A stretch of 64,000 nucleotides of DNA, taken from an uncultured delta proteobacterium. Its GTDB lineage: Bacteria > Desulfobacterota > WTBG01 > CAIYCZ01 > CAIRTM01. Location of the stretch: the NCBI GenBank assembly GCA_963804955.1, contig CAWDSQ010000030.1, forward strand, positions 292,650-356,649. Reading direction: 5' to 3'. Below are positions 56,271 to 64,000 of this stretch, one piece after another. Each line of letters begins with the position of its first letter. Position 1 is the stretch's first letter. Made by a program: the position numbers and the translations under genes. The notes under the pieces are model-generated. The model saw nothing but the letters and a program-made list of their open reading frames with translations, made no database searches and was not told where the DNA came from.

Positions 56271-58858
56271 CTGTTTACGGTGTTTGCCTTTACAGACACA
56301 TGCCCTCGATCTATTTGTATTACATCCCCAAAGCGGGTTTTTATCCGTGACTTCACCAGGCAACTTTTTTTGCTCAGAAGCGCAGCGAACTCGTCGGGGG
56401 GCAGTGGTTTGCTGAAGAGAAATCCCTGCATCTCGTTGCAGCCGCAGGAGGCGAGGAAGTCATGCTGCTCCCAGGTTTCAACACCTTCGGCTATCGCCTT
56501 AAGGCCAAGACTGTGAGCGATGGTAACGATGCTCCTGCTCAGGGCGACGCCATTGGTGTTTTGGGCAGCCATGTCATTGATGAATGAGCGGTCGATCTTG
56601 ATGCTGTTGAGCGGGAAGTGCCGCAGGTAATTAAGGCTGGAGTAGCCGGTGCCGAAATCGTCAAGACTCAGTGAGATGCCCAGCTCCTTCAACCGGTTCA
56701 TGATCTTGGTGGCGTGGGGCGGGTCGTGAATGAGCACGCTTTCGGTCAGTTCCAGCTCCAGAGCTGTGGGCGCCAGGCCGGCATCCTGCAGGATCGTCTG
56801 AATCTGCTCGATCAGGGCAGTCTGGCGGAACTGCTTGGCAGAGAGATTGACGGCAATCTTGATTAGGGAAGTCCCGCTTCCTGCCACGCACTGGCCTGCG
56901 TGCAGGCCTCCTGCAGGACCCATTGTCCCAGGGGGATGATCATGCCGCTCTCTTCCGCCATGGGGGATAAAATCGCCCGGCATGATCAGGCCGCGTTTCG
57001 GGTGCTGCCAGCGGACCAGTGCCTCGCAGCCGACTATTCGGCCGGATTCAAGTTCAATCTGCGGCTGGTAGTGCAGGACAAACTCTCCCTGCTGAAGAGC
57101 CTGGTGCATCTCTTCCTCAAGCTCCAGTATGCCCTGTATCCGGGTGTTCATCTCCGTTGCGAAGAAACGGAATTTGTCGCCTCCCTCCTCTTTGGCGCGG
57201 TACATGGCAATGATCAGCGTTGCGGATCAGGGTTTCCACCAGTTCGCCATCCTTCGGGAACAGGCTAATTCCTATGCTGGCCGTGATCCGGAGCTGGTGA
57301 TCCGACAGGAAAAAAGGTTCGGCCAGCGTTTTGCGGATTCGCTTGGCCAGCAGCCCGATATGCATCAACTTCTACCAGTTCCGACAGGATGATCACAAAC
57401 TCGTCGCCGCCCATTCGGCACACTGTATCGCCGGCCCGTACGCAAAGAACCATCCGTTCGGCCACCTGCCGCAGCAGCTCATCACCGTAATTGTGGCCCA
57501 TAGTGTCGTTGACTATCTTGAAACGGTCGAGATCCAGCAGCATTATCCCGATGTTTTGCTGGGTGCGCTGGGCACGGATGATGTGCTGCAGCAGCCGGTC
57601 CGCCATCAGGTTGCGATTGGGAAGGCTGGTCAGCGTGTCGTGATCGGCCTGGTGCTTGAGCTCAAGTTCATATTGCTTGCGTTCAGTGACATCATGCATG
57701 AAGCCGTGCCAGGTGATGGTGCCGTCGGGCTCTTCCTGTGGCATGGAGTGCCCTTCGATCCATATTTCGCCCTTGCGGGGGTGGCAGCACACGAAATTCG
57801 TTTTGCCAGGGGTTCAGGGTGTAGGCCGAAATTCCGATAGTCTCCCGAAACTGGTTTATGTCGTCCGGGTGGAGCAGCAGAAAAGACTGGTGAGGCATCC
57901 TCGATAACGTCTTGCGGCGCGAGTCCGAAAATCTCGTCGATTGTCGGACTGGCATAGGGGATGCACATCACGCCGTCCGGCCGCAGTACGAAGGTGAAGA
58001 TCAGTCCCGGAACGGTGGCGGAAATTTTAGCCAGTTTGTCCTGAAGCTGGAGTCGTTCATGGATGGCCTGATCGCTCTGTTTGCGCTGCGTGATGTCCTC
58101 GCAGGTGGATACAATAGCCAGGCATTCTCCCCTGGCGTCCAGCACAACATCAGAGGTGATACGGACAGGGAAGACGCTGCCGTCCTTCCGTATATTGCTG
58201 CTTTCGCGAACCCAGCTTTTCATGGCGACGAAATCCTCGGTTGTGAGCTCGTTTCTTGAGGTTGCCGGGGGCAAAATCACGGACGTCCCGTACCGATCAG
58301 CTCATCTACCTCATAGCCGTGCATGCGGGCGTCGGCGAGATTGGTGTAAAGTATTTTTCGCAAAGGGTCTGCAATGGTTACCCCCAGCTGCATGATATCG
58401 AGCACTCTTTTTAGCGGGATCAACGCCTCTTCCGCTCGATCCAGATCGACGTGGGCCTTGTTCAACTCCAGATTCAGCTTTTCAATTTGACTTCCCGTAT
58501 CTTCCAGCTTTTTGATGAGATTGTTGAATGACTTCGAAATCTCAAGTAGTTCGAGGGTACCCTTGTGTTCATCCAGAATGACTTTTTCGCCGTCATCGAC
58601 CTTTTTTATAACGACCGATACCATGGCGAATTTTTTAAAGACGCGCCGGAGTAAGATATTTCCTGTTAAGGCCAGCAGGAGGATGAGCGCGAAGATGATC
58701 ATCTGGGGGAAGCTCAAATGCTCCAAAACCCCATTTTTGTAGAAGATATAGGCTGTTACCGTGAAAGGCAGAAGGAACAGCAGAGAAGAAATTATTCTTG
58801 ACTGGCTGTATAGGGATTCGCCTTCGATGCCCAGTTTTTTTAAAAGATGTTTTTTCAT
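56246..58858 (-). CDS. Membrane PAS-GGDEF-EAL protein (several frameshifts)
   Basis: Two TMs, PAS pieces, GGDEF, EAL and DDFGTGYSS in successive frames. Confidence 0.8.
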
Positions 58859-59801
58859 GGTCCCCTTTCCTAACGGTCATGAGGTTGAATCAAAAAGAAC
58901 GTACGTAGTAGACCTGATCCAGTCCCCTGCCAGACACCTCTGTGCAGCCTCTGCACGCGAGAATTTTTTCGAGCAGTATGAGATTGGTCTCTTCATCGAC
59001 AACGCTGAGAATTGCAGGATGGTGCACATTCATGGTTGCACCCCGACCCGGATAGAATATGCCTTACCAGCTTCGGGAACATCCGTGTCCATGAGTTGCA
59101 TTTTTACCAGGAAATCAAATTTCATAGGGTTGTTTTACTTCTTAGTTTGAATGAGGAAAAGGTTGCACCTCATAGTTCATTCATGACTTTTTCCTATTTT
59201 ATTATTTGCAAGAAGCAGGCCATTAAGGTATTTAAATATGGAAACTCTACTATATCAACTGGTTAGCAGCGTCGAAGAACAAAAAAGGAACTTGAAATTA
59301 GTGGGATTTGTCCAATGGAACGGGACTGAGTACCGTTAAACGGGATTTGTACCGCTTAACAGTACTCGTACGATCAGTATGACTGGTTTTGCAGGGTATA
59401 CTTCAACCCATGAGATTAGTGGATATCACATTTGAAATTAACTGTTTTAGTCACCCTTTTCTTAATGCCAATATATGAAAATCAGGGGGCTTACGTTAGT
59501 TACATAAGAAAATTCCAGCTTCATTCCGGCTTGTCTGGAATCCTTCCGCTGCAGTGGAAAAGTTTCCGGACAAGCAAGGATGACAGGGCAGGTGTTACGT
59601 ACGAGAGATTGCATCTCATCCAACAAAATCAAATGTCATGACCTGCTCGTTGTCCTTTCGTTTATTAAGCTGCGGTTTTGTTCACTGGCATATGCTCGGA
59701 ATATTTTTTACTGGCCATGTCAAGTCCAAGCACACAGCACGCTGAACGAGCAATCAAACGTTCTTCGTCCGAGCGCATGATGCGGACGATCATTTCCTGA
59801 T

Positions 59802-60983
59802 TCAATCGGCATCCCGTCGTATGTCATCAAAAAACGGGGTTCTTTTTTTTTCCACGCATTTTGCAGCATAGAGATACAGCGCCGCGGACCAGGTTTGCCA
59901 GTCCTGACCCATGGGTTTACCGTCCTGGGCTTTAAGCCATTCATTAAAACCAAAATCAAGGCTTTCGTCTGCGGCTGCTGCACGATCTCCGGTAAGTGCC
60001 AGCAGCTTCTTTTCGGCAAGCTGGAACTTTTCAGCGGCAACCAGGGCTGCAACATACAGCCCGCATATAAAAGGCCATATGCCGCCGTTATGGTAGTCTC
60101 CCGGCTTATTGAACTATTTCATAGCGTGGTCGCCAGTCGGGATCTCCAGGTTTGATAAATGGAAAAAAATTGGGCGGCAGATCAAGTGCCAAATCGCCTC
60201 TTTTTATCATGCCTGTCGCATTCCGCTTCGATCCAGGAAATCATTTCCTCGCGCCCGGGACGGCGACGCTATTCCTGAAAGAATGGCAAGGCTGTTGCCG
60301 AGCAGATCGAACCGTTCGCTGCTGTAAATTTTATACGACCAGAAGGCATAGTAAGGCTTATGTTTTACGACCAGACCTTCATGGACATGATGATGCATGC
60401 ATGCCGCCGGTAATGGTAAACCGGCTCATCTCTTGGCGCACGGTATTGGCTTTTTCATGTTGCCCAAAGAGCCGCAGATAACTATAGACAAGCGTGTTGA
60501 CATACAGGCCATACCCGATTACCCACTGTTCATCGCGCCAGTCGCTTGTGGGCTGCTGGGCAACCAGGGCGGTCTGATGGGCTCTGATATTCCATCCACA
60601 TCAGGGCTTTACGAGCGGCAGTTCTGAAGAAATTCATTTTCATCCGTGGCTTTTCTGAAAATGCCCAGCGCCAGCAGGAACAGCGGAGTCGTATCGCTTG
60701 CTCCGCGGTCATGGCTATCGTGGACAAGTGATGGAATATGGCCGTGCTCTGTCTGATTTTTCGCCAGCGTTTCCAATACCTTGCGCATGCCGGCAAGCAG
60801 GCTTCGGCATTTCCGGAGACCGCAATTCCAAGGATGAGACAACATGAGATCCCGTGTGTACGGCTCCGGATAGCCCCAGCCGGCAGTACGCGGAAGTCCA
60901 TGAAAAGGACCATGAGCATTATGAAGCAGTACTTCAAGACTGCAGCCTGTTTTGCCTGTTAATTTTTTCTCTGTCGGTTGCAT
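59802..60983 (-). CDS. (alpha/alpha)6 glycoside hydrolase, GH100/amylo-1,6-glucosidase-like (many frameshifts)
   Basis: YPEPYTRD, FDLLGNSLAIL and YHNGGIWP fragments. Confidence 0.7.
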
Positions 60984-61001
60984 TGCATTTTAGTGTTCAC
61001 T

Positions 61002-62147
61002 CTATTTTATCCCAACTTTATCATTCATTATCTGCACAAACCGTTTTGCAACGACACGATAATCAAAATTCTCTACAACACGCTTTCTGCCTGCTTTTCC
61101 CATTTTTTCACGCAGGGCCTCATCCGTCATAAGATCCATTAAATAGTTGGCAATATCATGAACATTAGCACGGTAATCTACTGTTCGCGGTACCTTAAAT
61201 ACCACTGTGTGCTTATCTTCAAATCCCGATTCCTCACCAAGTATTACTTCGTTTACAGCTATTTTCTTTGCGATACTTGCCAGTAATGCAGTTTCACCAT
61301 GAATCAATGTATCGAGCATCCCCATGGCCTTAATGCTGATTACCGGTTTTTCGCAGGCGCCTGCTTCGACCTGCGGCATGCCGAAACCCTCTAGCCGCGA
61401 AGGTGCGGCATATATATCACATGCACCAATCAGATAGGGCATGAAATTACGTGAAATGGTATTTGTTGCATACGTGACATTTTTTTCGATGCCAAGGTCT
61501 GTAGCCATTTCCAGATCGAGCAAGATTTTGAACGTTTGGTCCTCGGCTGAGGCCATACTTTACATACATATTTCCAGTCGGGTGCCTTGTTATCTATTAT
61601 GGCCAGCGCCTGCATTACCTCCTGTGCACCTTTTGATGCGGCATCGCCACCCACAGTCAGAATCATGAGCTGATCAGGTGAAATACCCAGTGCTTCTCGT
61701 ACGGCAAGGATTTTTGGATCATCCTTGTTATACGGAATGAAAGCATCCGTATCGCAGCCTACAGGTAACACTTCAATTTTATCGCCGTTGATTCCATCGC
61801 GGACATACATCTCTTTCACCCAGTTCGATGTGACCAGGATGAGTGGAAGAGCATTCAGAACTTCCTGGTAATTCGCAATATATCCATCGGCGACCAAGCC
61901 AGGGTACCGGCTGCACGCCATATCGTTGCGGATGAAGTACCAGATGTGGTGTATGTCCCCAATACCCGACACCTACAACGACATCCGGCTCGAACCAGCG
62001 GTAGTACCATTCTTTTTCCTGCGCCGATTCGAAATGAACCGCATGAGCATCGATGCCCATTTCAAGTAGTCCCCTATACAAAAGATCTCCCTGGGTGGCA
62101 AGCCCTCCCGGTGATGGCGGATAATCATATAATACCAGTACTTTCAA
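61002..62147 (-). CDS. GT4 glycosyltransferase (frameshifted)
   Basis: GGAGG-TTG start MKVLVLYDYPPSPGG; EGFGMPQVEAGAC. Confidence 0.8.
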
Positions 62148-62866
62148 AGTGTTGCTCCTCCATTGTTTAAGCCTCTGCCGGGCATCCGCCGGGTTGGTAA
62201 ATTGCCAGAATGCTTCAGCTTTCGGCGTTGTTTCTGCTTCAAAACTGTTTTCTGCAAATCCATACGTTTCAGTAATTATGTTGTATTTTTTCTGCCATAT
62301 TTCATCTGGCAGCATGTGGTACAGGGGAGCGTGTTCTTATCGCCTGTGGAAGACGGTTCTCAGGGCGCTCTTCATAGGCAAAAGTCCAAAGCTCGACGGC
62401 TGCTATCTTATCGGCATGCCACAGGTTAGATACAGCTTTGCCGGTCTCTTCATGCCTGAGATGCCTGGTATATTCCCCCGATGGATCATGGGAAATAATC
62501 ATGTCGAAATGTTTAGGAGGGAGAAGTTGCAGTATTGCATGTTCTGAATCTCATTTGCTCAGCCAGAGGTTCTGAGCTCAGGACCATCGTCCAGATCACC
62601 CATGATTCCCTCTGGCGCCGAGAATTTTCAGGGCCTGTAAAGAACCTTGGAGCCCGGTCTTTGTCGCTTCCCCGGCAAAGCGTCATAATAAAACAGTTCC
62701 ATGAGGGTTGCTCAAGAATGGTGCCTCCGGCCCATAATGTTTCATCATCAGGGTGGGCCACTATTACGGCTGCAGTTTTTGTTTTCTTTTGTTCATGCTG
62801 CATATCGTGAGCCAGGGGAGGGACTTTTTGCTGAGATGCGTTAAGATGCTTCTTCGGAATTTCCAT
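62144..62866 (-). CDS. PIG-L-family deacetylase (frameshifted)
   Basis: AHPDDE and H...GEY..H.RH motifs. Confidence 0.75.
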
Positions 62867-63557
62867 TCACGCCTTTTTTTGTATGCTGTTTTGTCTTGCT
62901 TTTGTTAATCAACCGTCCGCCGATAATCTTTACAGCCGGGACGCTGTCGGCATGTGGAGCGATAGAATCCGGACCGGCCGCGTGCGCAATTCGTACAATT
63001 TCCTGAGCGATATCCTCAGGTGAAAGAATAAAATCAATGCACCCGCTGGCGATTGCGCTCTCAGGCATATCCGGCTGACTGGCTGTGTCGAGCTTTTGCG
63101 CGATAGTAATGCCGCCCACATCTTTTATGCCACACAGCGCTGCCGCACCGTCACCATCATAGCCGGAGACTATGACAGCAATAAGTTTGCCGTCCCATTG
63201 CCGGGTTAAGGAACGCAGAAAAACCGTAATTACGTCGGGCCATCCCCTGGGCTTTGATATCGGCTTTAGACGAAACTCTCCATTAAGAACGTGCAAATCA
63301 TGCTGTGCCGGGATTATGAACACATGGTCGGGCTCGATGAGCAATCTATCGGTAATCAGTTCAACCGGCATATCTGTGTAGTTCGGGAGAATTTTATGGA
63401 GCCGGGTGGCGACGGTTCTCAGGTGATTAACGATGACGATTGCAACACCCATATCGGCCGGCAGATTCTGCAGTAAGCGGGTATAAGCGTCGAGGCCGCC
63501 GGCCGAACCGCCCACGCAAATAACAGGAAAGTCTTTTGCAGCATTTTTTGCTTTCAT
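62841..63557 (-). CDS. Stand-alone CheB methylesterase domain
   Basis: GGSAGG, NH, SG.DGDG and DMP.SAI; no receiver domain. Confidence 0.85.
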   Translation of the reverse strand: MKAKNAAKDFPVICVGGSAGGLDAYTRLLQNLPADMGVAIVIVNHLRTVATRLHKILPNYTDMPVELITDRLLIEPDHVFIIPAQHDLHVLNGEFRLKPISKPRGWPDVITVFLRSLTRQWDGKLIAVIVSGYDGDGAAALCGIKDVGGITIAQKLDTASQPDMPESAIASGCIDFILSPEDIAQEIVRIAHAAGPDSIAPHADSVPAVKIIGGRLINKSKTKQHTKKGVNGNSEEAS

Positions 63558-63637
63558 CAACAAGCACTCCGTTCTGGATTTTTATTCTCCTGCTTTATTA
63601 ATTATAGTTTGCACATTTCCGGCATTTGAATCATCCG

Positions 63638-64000
63638 TTAGCCGACCATATGCTGGATACCGGAGCTCGCGGTTGGATATGCATACAGCACCTGTTTGAT
63701 GTCAGCAGCAGTCAGGTTATGCTTCATTGCAAGGGCGAACAGATTAATCAGATCATCAGCATGGCTGTCAAGCAGATGAGCCCCTAAAATTCTGCCGGTG
63801 CTTTTTTCCAAAATAATTTTACATCCTGCAAAAGGTTCGTTGATTCGCTGATTATGCAGCCAGTCCGCTGTCTCTTGGAATTTTACATCATAGTGCAATC
63901 CCTGCTGCTTGCTTCTGCTTCCTGTAAGCCGACCGAAGCCAGCTTCGGCAGGGTAAAAACAACGCTTGGTACAACGCGATAATCAGCCCTTTTGCGTTTC
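63638..64000 (-). CDS. Pyridine nucleotide-disulfide oxidoreductase, C-terminal part (cut by window edge)
   Basis: VPSVVFTLP.LASVG, ILGAH and AYPT dimerisation-domain motifs. Confidence 0.8.

Overview
Chromosomal window of an anaerobic bacterium, probably Desulfobacterota/Deltaproteobacteria (inferred from gene content). It has many single-base frameshifts, even in rho, coaE, lysC and mtnA, which point to long-read or low-coverage consensus errors. 1-9.4 kb: accessory hotspot with three toxin-antitoxin-type pairs (AbrB/VapC, mobile mystery A/B, RelE/HTH) and orphan genes separated by shared mosaic spacers. 9.4-16.6 kb: queC, aspartate kinase, two SDRs, a PAS protein and a hydrolase. 17-25.4 kb: PerR/Fur-centred oxygen-defence cluster (rubredoxin-like protein, nitroreductase, NAD(P)H oxidoreductase, flavoprotein, FprA, pentaheme cytochrome c; divergently rubrerythrin, desulfoferrodoxin, ferritin). 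25.6-51 kb: mostly housekeeping (murI, fusA, leuB, cobO, rluD, coaE, rho, rpmE, prfA, gatB, mtnA, ilvE) plus a bilin-reductase-like gene pair. 51-53.5 kb: RAYT transposase with its REPs. 53.7-64 kb: signalling genes and a CheB/PIG-L/GT4/glycosidase/disulfide-reductase cluster. The most striking unexplained signal is six intergenic, multi-stem, largely mutually dissimilar RNA-like modules (about 165, 16.6k, 32.2k, 34.0k, 53.7k, 56.0k). From memory they resemble IS110/IS1111 non-coding ends (bridge/seek-RNA regions), yet none has an adjacent transposase. That assignment is unverified inference. No rRNA, tRNA or CRISPR array was seen.
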